Below are positions 46,102-55,484 of a stretch of 64,000 nt of DNA, in pieces. The stretch covers positions 44,519-108,518 of the forward strand of contig JAHDVX010000012.1 of the NCBI GenBank assembly GCA_023382455.1, given 5' to 3'. Each line of letters opens with the position of its first letter. The first letter of the stretch is position 1. Both the position numbers and the translations under genes were made by a program. The notes beneath the pieces were generated by a model. That model had not been told where the DNA came from and did not search any database. It saw only the letters and a list, made by a program, of their open reading frames with translations. This DNA is from Flavobacteriales bacterium. Its GTDB lineage: Bacteria; Bacteroidota; Bacteroidia; Flavobacteriales_F; PHOS-HE28.

Positions 46102-47247
46102 GTGAAGTGGGCTCTGCGTATCCTGGTATTGCTCGCCGTGGTCGTGGGCGGGTCAGCGCTGGCATGGCACTGGGCCGGTCCTGGCCGCCAGCAATGGGTG
46201 AAGGACCAGGTGAAGATCCTGTTGAACCGTAAGCCGCAACGGGTGGGCGGGGCCGTGCCGGCGGCGGCCGTGCCGCTGGTGGAGGGCCTGGGCGTGAGCA
46301 CCGGCGATGAACCGCCGTTCTCCGTGGCATCGGGCCCTTGGTCCATGGTGCAGTACACGGAAGGTGACAAGGCCATCCGCCCTGATCTCCATTACACCTT
46401 CGAGCCCACGCCGGGTGCGGACAGCAGCCGGCTTTCCTCCGCTTGGGCGCATGGCGGCACCCATGCGTTCCGCATGGCCCCGGGGGATGAATATTCGCCG
46501 GCGATCCGGAGGCGGGCGGCGGATGTGGCCATCAAACTTTCCGCCGTGGACGTGGGCTTCTGGATGTGGACCCCGGCCCCGGCCACCCTGCTCACCGCCG
46601 TGGTGACCATTGACCGCAAGGGCAAGCAAATAGCTTGGTACGGCAAGGATCTGCCCGCGGACACGGCGGCAAGGACCGGTGTGCGGTTGAACGCCAGCTT
46701 CCTGATGGGCGACCTGGCCGTGGAGCCCGACGACATCCTTTCCGTCTACCTCTGGAAAAAAGGCGGCGGGGAAGCCTTCATCGACGATATGGACCTGTTC
46801 TTCCACAGCGCCGAGGTGCCCGGCCGGAAACTCGGGAAACCTCTGGCACTGGACAGCTTGGAAGCGGGCGGCCCCGTTCCCTTGACCTACGCCAAGCCCA
46901 CGGTCTCGGATATCCCGGTGGACACGGCGTGCTTCCGGGCCGGCCTGCCCGCATTGCCCACCACCCGCGAGGCCGTCCCCTTCGGCCGGTCCTCGCACGC
47001 GTGGCGCTTCGTTCCCGAGGAAGGCCTGGTCTGGTTGCAGGACACCGGGGGGAAGCCTTTGGGGTTGATTCGGCCCTGGTCGCCTGGCTCACGCAAGGAC
47101 ATCACCCACTTTGACCGCGTGGTGGCCAAAACAACCCCCGACGGGATCGTGGTGACCGGCTTCGACGTGGACCGCACCCACGGTGGTGAGCGTATCGCTG
47201 CTTCACCACGGCCTATCTCGCTCAGCATCACATGGCCCTCCGAATGA
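46102..47247 (+). CDS. Hypothetical membrane-anchored protein, first gene of a four-gene translationally coupled operon
   Basis: GTG start; N-terminal TM MKWALRILVLLAVVVGGSALA; overlaps the next gene by 16 nt. Confidence 0.55.
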   Translation: MKWALRILVLLAVVVGGSALAWHWAGPGRQQWVKDQVKILLNRKPQRVGGAVPAAAVPLVEGLGVSTGDEPPFSVASGPWSMVQYTEGDKAIRPDLHYTFEPTPGADSSRLSSAWAHGGTHAFRMAPGDEYSPAIRRRAADVAIKLSAVDVGFWMWTPAPATLLTAVVTIDRKGKQIAWYGKDLPADTAARTGVRLNASFLMGDLAVEPDDILSVYLWKKGGGEAFIDDMDLFFHSAEVPGRKLGKPLALDSLEAGGPVPLTYAKPTVSDIPVDTACFRAGLPALPTTREAVPFGRSSHAWRFVPEEGLVWLQDTGGKPLGLIRPWSPGSRKDITHFDRVVAKTTPDGIVVTGFDVDRTHGGERIAASPRPISLSITWPSE

Positions 47248-49118
47248 GAATGATCGCTTGGCTGCTGCCACTTCTGCTGGCCGCATGCGGCACCGGCACC
47301 GGCACCAACGCCATGGTGGAGGAATTCCATGTGCTGGACAATTGGGACGGCCGGAATGCGGAGGGCGTGAAATACATTGAACTCGACCACACGGAGGCCA
47401 TCGACAGCGGCTTCGTTGTTCCCTCCGTGCGCCAGGTGGATGGCGGGCGGTTCACGTTCACCTTCCGCGTGTCGGACCCCACGGGCAAGGGCCGGGCCTT
47501 CCGCTACAAGCTGTATTACCGCAACGAATCCTACAAGATGGAGGAAACGCGGCCGGACGGCAGCCAGCATCCCTTGGCGGAGGAGAACTTCTACGGCAGC
47601 TGGGAAAGCGCGGCCGAAGGCTTTCGCACCACACCGCGCACGGATGGCCTGGAGCCGTTGCGCGTCACCGATTCCTTCCGCATCCATGGGGACCCGCGCG
47701 ATGAGGACCGCTTCATGGTGGACGGTGTACGCAAGCGCTGGGCGCGGAACCCGCGTGTGGGCGAATACTCCTTCCTGCTGGTGGTGATGCCGGAGAATGC
47801 CTTCGAGGCGGCGCGGCTGCCGGAGAGCGTGGTGCGGATCGGTACCCGGGAGAACGGGCACTTCGTGGAGCCCTACTGGTATTTCCTCCACGGCCCGGGA
47901 TCGCGCCTGGGCGAGGTGTCCGTGCTCCTGGCCGCGGACTGTTTGAGGGTGGCCGCCATTCCGCCGCTGGGCGCGGGCATCTGGGTGGACGGATCCGATG
48001 CTCTCTCCACCGCGGCATACAGCGGTTCCTGCGGCAACAGTGAGGAGCTTCGCAAGGGTGCGGCCTTCTCCCAGTTCATCCACTACGTGGACGCCTCCAC
48101 GCGCTTCTCCAACATCCCCTTGATCGCCGATGTGCTCGGCAACGAGTACACGCCTGAGGACCATGATTACAACCGCGCCTTCTTCCCCGAGGGCCACATG
48201 GTCTCGCTTACGCCCATGACCACCAAGGCACCTTGCGAAACCGTCAGGTCCAACCCCGACAACAACACTATCGAGATCCACAACCCGGCCTCGCGGCCCG
48301 GTGACCTGCGCAAGGAGAACGTGGGCGTGCGGTCACGGCACGGCCTGATGTACGGCAAGTACTCCGTGAAGTGCAAGCTCACGCCCTTGCTGAACGATTC
48401 GGACATGTGGAACGGGCTCACCAACGCCATCTGGCTGATCTACCAAGGGGCGCCGGGGAACTATCGCCGCATCTGCGAAAAGGACGGCTACATGTCTGAC
48501 TACTACGGCGGTGACGCCGTGGAGCGCGTACCGCAAGTGGCCTATGCGGAGATCGACTTCGAGATCCTGAAGACCCCGCTCTACTGCCCTGACGCCACTT
48601 TCCCGCCGTTGCGGCCCCAACAGGTGGCGGTACCGGGGCAGCGAGCCAACTGGCAGCGCCCTTCGGATGGTGGCATCCCCAAGGGCATGATCACCGTGGC
48701 TTGCACCAACTGGGACATGGCCTGCCATTCACCGGTGGATTTCGCGGCGGGATGCAGGCCCATCGAACATGAGGGGCACACTTACCTGAGCCACCGCTGG
48801 GACGACAACTACCGCGCCATCACCCAGAAGAAGTACGAACCGGATGCCGAGCTGTTCCGTGGCGATCACTATTGGTTCCAGATCGACTGGCGGCCGGACC
48901 AGGTGATCTGGCGCATCGGGCCCGAGCTGGACCAACTGCGCGAGGTGGGCTACATGGACAGCACGGTCACCTCCATCAGCGATGTGCAGATGGAGCTGAT
49001 CGTCACCCAGGAGTTCCATAACACCAAGTGGTGGCCGGGCTCGCCATACGACCAAGGGTGCATTCCCTTTGCGGCAAAGGATTACACCGGCGTGATCCAG
49101 GACGTAGTGATCGAATGA
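47232..49118 (+). CDS. Lipoprotein with a C-terminal GH16-like (concanavalin-type glucanase) region
   Basis: Lipobox LLLAAC; EIDFE motif (GH16 ExDxE catalytic pattern) within YAEIDFEILK. Confidence 0.5.
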   Translation: MALRMRMIAWLLPLLLAACGTGTGTNAMVEEFHVLDNWDGRNAEGVKYIELDHTEAIDSGFVVPSVRQVDGGRFTFTFRVSDPTGKGRAFRYKLYYRNESYKMEETRPDGSQHPLAEENFYGSWESAAEGFRTTPRTDGLEPLRVTDSFRIHGDPRDEDRFMVDGVRKRWARNPRVGEYSFLLVVMPENAFEAARLPESVVRIGTRENGHFVEPYWYFLHGPGSRLGEVSVLLAADCLRVAAIPPLGAGIWVDGSDALSTAAYSGSCGNSEELRKGAAFSQFIHYVDASTRFSNIPLIADVLGNEYTPEDHDYNRAFFPEGHMVSLTPMTTKAPCETVRSNPDNNTIEIHNPASRPGDLRKENVGVRSRHGLMYGKYSVKCKLTPLLNDSDMWNGLTNAIWLIYQGAPGNYRRICEKDGYMSDYYGGDAVERVPQVAYAEIDFEILKTPLYCPDATFPPLRPQQVAVPGQRANWQRPSDGGIPKGMITVACTNWDMACHSPVDFAAGCRPIEHEGHTYLSHRWDDNYRAITQKKYEPDAELFRGDHYWFQIDWRPDQVIWRIGPELDQLREVGYMDSTVTSISDVQMELIVTQEFHNTKWWPGSPYDQGCIPFAAKDYTGVIQDVVIE

Positions 49119-51424
49119 TGATGAAGCACCGAGGTCTTTGGCTCACCCTTTTCCTGTCCGTGGGCCTTCTCGCCTTTTATTTCGGGGCCGTCCTACGATC
49201 GCCCGGCCGGTACATGTTCAATGCCGAAGGCGATGGCCTGAAGAACTATTTCTCCTTTGCTTGGCATGCGGAGCACGATACCTCCCTTACTACGTTCTCG
49301 GGGATGAACTATCCCTTCGGGGAGCACATCGACTATCCGGATGCGCAACCCTTGCAGAGCAACCTGTGGCGCGCAGTGGCCAAGGTGTGGCCAGGGGCCC
49401 TGCAACACACCGTTGCGGTGGTGAACCTGATGATGCTGTTCAGCATCGTGCTCTGCGCGGTATTCCTGTACCTGATCATGCGGGAGCTGGCCATGCCGGA
49501 CCTGGTGGCGGCCTTGTTCGCGGTCTTGATCTCCTTCCTGGCCCCGCAGGTGCTGCGTGGCACGCAGGCGCACTATGCACTGGCCTACGGATGTGCCATC
49601 CCGAGTGCCATGTGGGTGCTGCTGCGGCAATGGCGGAGCAGCCGCCCGTGGCGCTGGGCGGCCGGCATGGTCCTGTTGATCCTGTTCTGGCTGTTCACCC
49701 ACGTCTATCTGGGCTTCATATCGGCGGTATTGGTGCTGGCCACGGGCGCACTTGTCCTGGTATTCCGGGCCGGCGAGCGCCGCGCCGCGTGGGGCATGGT
49801 GGCCGCACCGCTGGCCGCATTCCTCTTGTTCTTCCTTTGGCAGCAGCTCACGGACACCCATACGGGCCGCACGCAGCATCCCACCGGGTTCTTCACGTAC
49901 CAGATGACCTGGTCCACGCTCTTGGCCCCCGATCCCCTCTTCGCCTCCTCCATTTGGACCAGGTTCATCGGGCTGCCCGTGTTCCGGTTGGCGGAAGGAT
50001 GGAACTTCATCGGCCTGGGAACGGAGCTGGTCGTGGTCGTCGTGCTGATCTTGTTGATGCGCGGCCTCGCGAAGGGCACCGCAGGCGAACTGTTCAATCG
50101 TGTGTTCCCCGCGAAACTGTTGTTGTTGCTGGGCGGCTCCCTGCTGCTCCTGGCCTTTGCATTCGGCCTTCCGTTCGATCCCTGGTGCAAGAAGTGCCTT
50201 TGGTATATCCCGACGCTGGGGCAGTTCCGTGCACCGGCTCGTTTCGGGTGGGCCTTCTATTTCGTCATCACTGTGTGGGCGGCACGCACGGCGTGGGTCC
50301 TGTATGACGGTGCCGCGCAAGGCCGGGCGCGCAAGGCCGCAGCGGTGCTGGTGGCCGTGGTGGCGGCCTTCTTTGTCACGGACATGCATGCCTTGGACAG
50401 CTACGTGGCCCGGCGGATCGTGGAGCAGCCCAACTACTTCGATCCGGAGCAGTTGCCGGCGGACATGCAGCCCATCTACCAGGCCGCCAAGCGGGTGGAT
50501 GCCCGGGCCATGGTCACCTTGCCATACTACCACAATGGCGGCGAGGAATACATGGTGCCTGCGGACGAGGCCGGCCTATTGATCGGCCAGGCCATGGCCC
50601 AGCTGACCGGCATACCCCTGATGAATTCGAGCTTCACGCGCACCGGCGTCGAGGAGGTGCGTGAGCTGATCCAGGCATTCGGACCGGATTGGTATCCCAA
50701 GGCGATGGCCGCCAGGTTCCAAGCCTCCGATACGATCCTGCTCATACTTTCCGGCAGCCTCTTGGGACCATACGACCAGGTCTTGGCCTCCCATGGCAGG
50801 GAGCTTGCCAAGGGCGGGCCGTACACCTTGCTGGCCACCACCGCGGGCGAGCTTTTTGCCGATAGGGCGGGCAGGTATGTGGCGCGCTTTGAAGCAAGCC
50901 GGGATACTCTTCATCAAAGTGGCGAATGGCTGTTCAGCAGGCCGGACACGTTCCTGTTCCGCAAGGATTACGATGATAGGCCCGCGACCCATGTGCGTTC
51001 GGGCTCCGGCGCATTCTCGGGCCTGAAGCATGATTTCAACCTGCTGGCGGAATTGCCGGTGGAGGCCATGGATACCGGGGTGACCTACTTGGCCTCATTC
51101 TGGTACTACAACCGCGGGCCCATGCGCAACCATGCTCTTGCGGGGATCGATGACCACGACCCGGTCCAGGGCACAGGTGCTTGGGACTACTATACCGATC
51201 CGCGTTTCGCGCGCACCATCGTGGGCGATTGGAGCTTGGTGGAATTGCCCTTCCGGAAAGGCGGCCCGGGCCACGAGCTGAAATTGTTCGTCCAAGGCGC
51301 GGATTTCTATCCGGACAGCATTTGGGTGGACGACCTCACCGTGCGGGTGGCCGATGTCGATGTGTACAAGGTGGATACGGTCGGGAACAGGCTCTGGTAT
51401 AACAACCACTGGATTGCTCCATGA
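49115..51424 (+). CDS. Large polytopic membrane protein (770 aa), putative GT-C-like glycosyltransferase/flippase-type component
   Basis: ATG overlaps the upstream stop (ATGA); >10 hydrophobic helices followed by a ~350-aa soluble C-terminal domain. Confidence 0.55.
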   Translation: MMMKHRGLWLTLFLSVGLLAFYFGAVLRSPGRYMFNAEGDGLKNYFSFAWHAEHDTSLTTFSGMNYPFGEHIDYPDAQPLQSNLWRAVAKVWPGALQHTVAVVNLMMLFSIVLCAVFLYLIMRELAMPDLVAALFAVLISFLAPQVLRGTQAHYALAYGCAIPSAMWVLLRQWRSSRPWRWAAGMVLLILFWLFTHVYLGFISAVLVLATGALVLVFRAGERRAAWGMVAAPLAAFLLFFLWQQLTDTHTGRTQHPTGFFTYQMTWSTLLAPDPLFASSIWTRFIGLPVFRLAEGWNFIGLGTELVVVVVLILLMRGLAKGTAGELFNRVFPAKLLLLLGGSLLLLAFAFGLPFDPWCKKCLWYIPTLGQFRAPARFGWAFYFVITVWAARTAWVLYDGAAQGRARKAAAVLVAVVAAFFVTDMHALDSYVARRIVEQPNYFDPEQLPADMQPIYQAAKRVDARAMVTLPYYHNGGEEYMVPADEAGLLIGQAMAQLTGIPLMNSSFTRTGVEEVRELIQAFGPDWYPKAMAARFQASDTILLILSGSLLGPYDQVLASHGRELAKGGPYTLLATTAGELFADRAGRYVARFEASRDTLHQSGEWLFSRPDTFLFRKDYDDRPATHVRSGSGAFSGLKHDFNLLAELPVEAMDTGVTYLASFWYYNRGPMRNHALAGIDDHDPVQGTGAWDYYTDPRFARTIVGDWSLVELPFRKGGPGHELKLFVQGADFYPDSIWVDDLTVRVADVDVYKVDTVGNRLWYNNHWIAP

Positions 51425-52692
51425 ACCTTGGTCGCGATTGGTCGCCTTGGCTGGCGCTTGTGGTTTTCCTCGCGGGCTTTCTTTCTTTTCTGGGGCACAA
51501 CGGCCACATCTTGGATGTCATGCTGGCGCACAACAGTGACCCCCGGGGTTATTACCAGTATCTCCCGGCAATCTTCTTGGACCACGACCTGCGCGGCATG
51601 CCCTACGTGCATGTACTCCCCAACGGGAACCACCTCAGTATGTTCAACATTGGCTTGGCCTACCTGTTGGCCCCGTTCTTTTTGGCGGCGCACGGGCTTT
51701 GCTTGGCCGGGTTGGCACCGGCGGACGGTTACTCGTGGCCCTACGCCGTGGCCGTAGGCTTGGCAGCATCCACCTATGCGGCCTGGGGATGCACGCTGGT
51801 GGCGAGGCCCTTGGGTAAGCGCTTCGGGACGCTGAACGCCTCCTTGGCGGTGCTGTTGCTCTTCGCCTGCACCAACCTGTACTTCTACACGGCCATGGAG
51901 CCCGGCATGAGCCATGTGTACTCCTTCTTCCTGTTCACCGTGCTACAGTGGGCCACCCTGCGCATGCGGGAGGCGCCGAAAGGGAGAACGTTGGTGCTGT
52001 TGGCGGTCACGTGGTCGGTGATCGTGCTGGTGCGGCCCTCGAACGGCATCGCAGGGCTGTTCCCGCTGCTCTATGGCACCACGGGGCCGCGTGGGGTGCG
52101 CGAGCGGCTGGCTTCGTGGGTTGCTGACTGGCGGGCGTTGGCTCTTGCCGTGTTTCTCGGGTTGCTGCCATGGATCCCCCAGCTTCTTTATTGGCGGTCG
52201 ATCACCGGCAGCCCCATCGTCTTTACCTACGGCACCATGGGCCAAGGCTTCCATTGGCTGTACCCGCGCCTGTGGGAAGTGCTGGCGCACCCTTGGAACG
52301 GCTGGTTCCTCTACTCGCCAATTATGCTGCCGGTGATGGCGGCCTTGTTGTGGATGGCCTTCAGGCGGACCGAAGGCGCACGTACCGTGCTGCTCCTCTG
52401 GCTGCTTGCCTGGTACATCATCGCCTCTTGGTGGTGCTGGTGGCTGGGCGGCGCGTTCGGGCACCGCGGCTTTGTGGAATACATGGCCTTCCTGGCCCTG
52501 CCTACCGCGTGGCTGGTCCAGCGTATCGCTTGGCGGAAACAGGCAGCCCGGGCGGCCGCTTGGGTGCTGGCGCTGCTCTTTGCCTGGGCCAACATCGGCC
52601 TCAGTTGGAACTACCTGTCCCCTTGGGACGGGCCGGAGTGGACGATGCAGAGCGTGCAACGGGAATACCTGCGCCTGCTCCCGCACAGGTGA
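51421..52692 (+). CDS. Polytopic membrane protein, GT-C-fold glycosyltransferase-like (ArnT/PMT type)
   Basis: ATGA overlap with the upstream gene; first loop HNSDPRGYYQYLPAIF resembles the ArnT D-E-x-R-Y loop-1 motif; ~11 TM helices. Confidence 0.55.
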   Translation: MNLGRDWSPWLALVVFLAGFLSFLGHNGHILDVMLAHNSDPRGYYQYLPAIFLDHDLRGMPYVHVLPNGNHLSMFNIGLAYLLAPFFLAAHGLCLAGLAPADGYSWPYAVAVGLAASTYAAWGCTLVARPLGKRFGTLNASLAVLLLFACTNLYFYTAMEPGMSHVYSFFLFTVLQWATLRMREAPKGRTLVLLAVTWSVIVLVRPSNGIAGLFPLLYGTTGPRGVRERLASWVADWRALALAVFLGLLPWIPQLLYWRSITGSPIVFTYGTMGQGFHWLYPRLWEVLAHPWNGWFLYSPIMLPVMAALLWMAFRRTEGARTVLLLWLLAWYIIASWWCWWLGGAFGHRGFVEYMAFLALPTAWLVQRIAWRKQAARAAAWVLALLFAWANIGLSWNYLSPWDGPEWTMQSVQREYLRLLPHR

Positions 52693-52754
52693 CGAAAATC
52701 GCCTGCCCCGTTTACCGCAATCCGTATTTCAAGATGCACCAGATGGCCCGCCGC

Positions 52755-55385
52755 TCATCTCTTGAACATGGCCAGATCTGCGGAGGGCACTTGATGGACT
52801 TTGCGCAACAAGACCGCCATATCCGACACGCCCTCCAAGACCCCCGCAGCATATTCCGGGCGTAGATCAAGTGCCATTTGCCCGAATTCATGCGGAAGGG
52901 TATAGGTGAGATCGAACGGACCCTGCCCCATGATCAGGCGCTGACGGTACATCTCGGTTCCTTGGTCCATCACGCGTAGGACCAAGTGCCACGTGCCACC
53001 TTCCTGCAGCAACCGGGCGTCCCCTGTCACACTGACCTCAAATAGCGGGACATCGTTACCTACATCAAACGGTATTGGCCCATCTTGGGCGTAGACTGCC
53101 GGATCCCAGCCACTTAGGGTCATGGTCCGGTTTTGCTGGCCATGGCCCGGTTCAACAGCTTGATCGGATGGGGTCAAGAGATCGGCAGCAAACACGGTAT
53201 CCGTGGTCCATTGCCTGGTCGCATCCTTCCTTTCAAACACCCAGACCGAGAACGGGGATGTATCATTCCAGCCGTCCATCCCTAAAAACATGCGTTGGAG
53301 GGTGAACGCGCCATCATCCAGGATCCTTTGTATCGGAATCGCCGATTCGTTCGGGCCGAAATGGGAATCCCAGACCAGTATGTCATGTTCGGCCAAACCG
53401 GCCCCCGGCCTGGACCAAGGCAATACGGACAGGTTCACGGCGCCGGTGCTATCCCAAGGGTCCTTGCCGGTAACGATCCCGAAGTATGGATATAGGTAGG
53501 CCACCCGTCCTCCGGGCCGCTCCAACCCCCGGACGTACGAGGCCGCGCGGTCCGTTTGCAACTGTTCCGCCACCATGACCGGCGGAAGAGGAACCCGGCC
53601 AAATACATCCTTGATGCCAAGTGGTAGCAACAGAAGCCAACAGCCTGCCGCAAATGCCAAGCGCACGGCTTTGCCAGGTGACTTTTTCAGGCCACTGATG
53701 GACGTGGATGCCACGCCAAGAATGAACAACACGCTAAGCGGTACCGTGGTTGCAAACACACGCAGATATCCGGCCGACCCCGAATGGCCGTTCCACCAGG
53801 CATAGCTGTGCAGGAACCAAATGGCAACCACCGGCAAACCGGTCAACACCAAGGTGTCCAACAGTGCCTTACGTTGCTCCTTGCGATGATGCCAAACGAA
53901 AGGCCATGCGAGGAAGGATGCCGTCAGTAGCATGAGAAGGGGCAGGCCGAGGATGTCGGGTGCCTGTTGCAGGAAATGGGACCAGTCACCATGGCCATAT
54001 TGGGTGTTCCCCAGATAGGGGTCTTCATGCAGGATCCATAGGAAGTCGCCATAGGCCAACCACGTGAAGACGGCATAGATGAAGGGTCCGCAGGCCAATA
54101 ATGGCAACTTTCGCCAATGCCCGTTCCAAGCGGCCCAAAGCGCCACAAACGGGAGAAGCCCGGCCGCCTCCGGCCTGGAGAATGGAAGAAGCGAGGCCAG
54201 AAGCATGCCCGCCGTGACCCTCCCCGATCGGAGAAGGCCGACCACGAGAACCGCCAAGAGCCCGAAAAGGGGCTCGGTCATGCCTGAATAGACCATAAAG
54301 AGGTACTGCGGCGAGATCAGCAGCAATACGGGAACCGCCCAACGTAGTACGGTCGCACTATCCGTGATATGGCGCATGATCACTACCATCGTGAACAAGG
54401 CAACCACGGCATTGAACAGGGCGAGCCCCCAAAAACCAAGTTGTGCGAAAGGCGAGGCCAGCAGCACGAACAAAGGCTTGGCCCAATTGTCCAGGAACAA
54501 GGAAGGGTGCTTCCAAGCGTGCAATGCCTGCAAGTAGTGCAATGCCCCATCGCCGATCTCAGGCTGGGCCGCGGTTGAAGCGCGTATGGCCACAAGTGCG
54601 GCCAAGGAGATCACGGCCGGGACCAAGGCGCCCCACGTTCCCCATCCGGATCGTAATGAACCTTGGCCCATTGCCTGCAATCCGTACTTGAGGATGCACC
54701 AAATGGCCCGGAAACCGTCCTTCCAGCCTATCTTTTTCCCTTCGGCGTATGTGCGGCCGTAGTAACTGATGCCGACCTCATAGATGCGGATGCCCTTGAC
54801 CCGCGCAAGCTTCGCGGTCACCTCGGGCTCAAAGCCGAACCGCTTTTCCTTCAGGTCCAAGCCTTGGGCAATGTCGGTGCGGATCAGCTTGTAGCAGGTC
54901 TCCATGTCGGTCAGGTTCAAGTTGTTGAACGTGTTGGAGAGCTGGGTGAGGAACTTGTTGCCGATGCTGTGCCAGAAGAAGAGGATGCGGTGCGGATGGT
55001 GGCCCATGAAGCGCGAGCCGTAGACCACGTCGGCGAAGCCTTCCACCACGGGGCGCAACAGGTCGTTGTATTCGCGGGGATCGTATTCCAGGTCGGCATC
55101 CTGCACGATCAGGTATTCGCCGGTGGCTTCCTTGATGCCGCGGTGGATGGCCGCGCCCTTGCCCATGTTGTGCGGCTGCTGGATGAAGCGGATGTCCAGG
55201 CCGGGATTGGCGGCCATGTAGCGCTCCACTGCGGCCACGGTCCCGTCCGTACTCCCGTCGTTCACGATGATCACCTCCTTCTGGATGCCATCGCGCAATT
55301 GCACGTCCCGCACCTTGTCCAGGATCAGGTGGATGGTGCGCTCCTCATTGAAGGCGGGGATGATGATGGACAGCTTGGTAAGCAT
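52755..55385 (-). CDS. Fusion protein: N-terminal GT2 polyprenol-phosphate sugar synthase (Dpm1/ArnC-like), then a ~12-TM GT-C-like membrane domain and a C-terminal soluble domain
   Basis: MLTKLSIIIPAFNEE..VNDGSTDGT..VQDADLEYDP GT2 motifs, then >10 hydrophobic helices and a ~300-aa C-terminal domain. Confidence 0.7.
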   Translation of the reverse strand: MLTKLSIIIPAFNEERTIHLILDKVRDVQLRDGIQKEVIIVNDGSTDGTVAAVERYMAANPGLDIRFIQQPHNMGKGAAIHRGIKEATGEYLIVQDADLEYDPREYNDLLRPVVEGFADVVYGSRFMGHHPHRILFFWHSIGNKFLTQLSNTFNNLNLTDMETCYKLIRTDIAQGLDLKEKRFGFEPEVTAKLARVKGIRIYEVGISYYGRTYAEGKKIGWKDGFRAIWCILKYGLQAMGQGSLRSGWGTWGALVPAVISLAALVAIRASTAAQPEIGDGALHYLQALHAWKHPSLFLDNWAKPLFVLLASPFAQLGFWGLALFNAVVALFTMVVIMRHITDSATVLRWAVPVLLLISPQYLFMVYSGMTEPLFGLLAVLVVGLLRSGRVTAGMLLASLLPFSRPEAAGLLPFVALWAAWNGHWRKLPLLACGPFIYAVFTWLAYGDFLWILHEDPYLGNTQYGHGDWSHFLQQAPDILGLPLLMLLTASFLAWPFVWHHRKEQRKALLDTLVLTGLPVVAIWFLHSYAWWNGHSGSAGYLRVFATTVPLSVLFILGVASTSISGLKKSPGKAVRLAFAAGCWLLLLPLGIKDVFGRVPLPPVMVAEQLQTDRAASYVRGLERPGGRVAYLYPYFGIVTGKDPWDSTGAVNLSVLPWSRPGAGLAEHDILVWDSHFGPNESAIPIQRILDDGAFTLQRMFLGMDGWNDTSPFSVWVFERKDATRQWTTDTVFAADLLTPSDQAVEPGHGQQNRTMTLSGWDPAVYAQDGPIPFDVGNDVPLFEVSVTGDARLLQEGGTWHLVLRVMDQGTEMYRQRLIMGQGPFDLTYTLPHEFGQMALDLRPEYAAGVLEGVSDMAVLLRKVHQVPSADLAMFKR

Positions 55386-55484
55386 GCAATTGCGTTGTTT
55401 CCATCGCTGTACGCACGGCCCGCGATCAACCACGGCAAACGTAAAGCGCCGATCTCATAATAATGGATGGAAGATGATGCCTCT

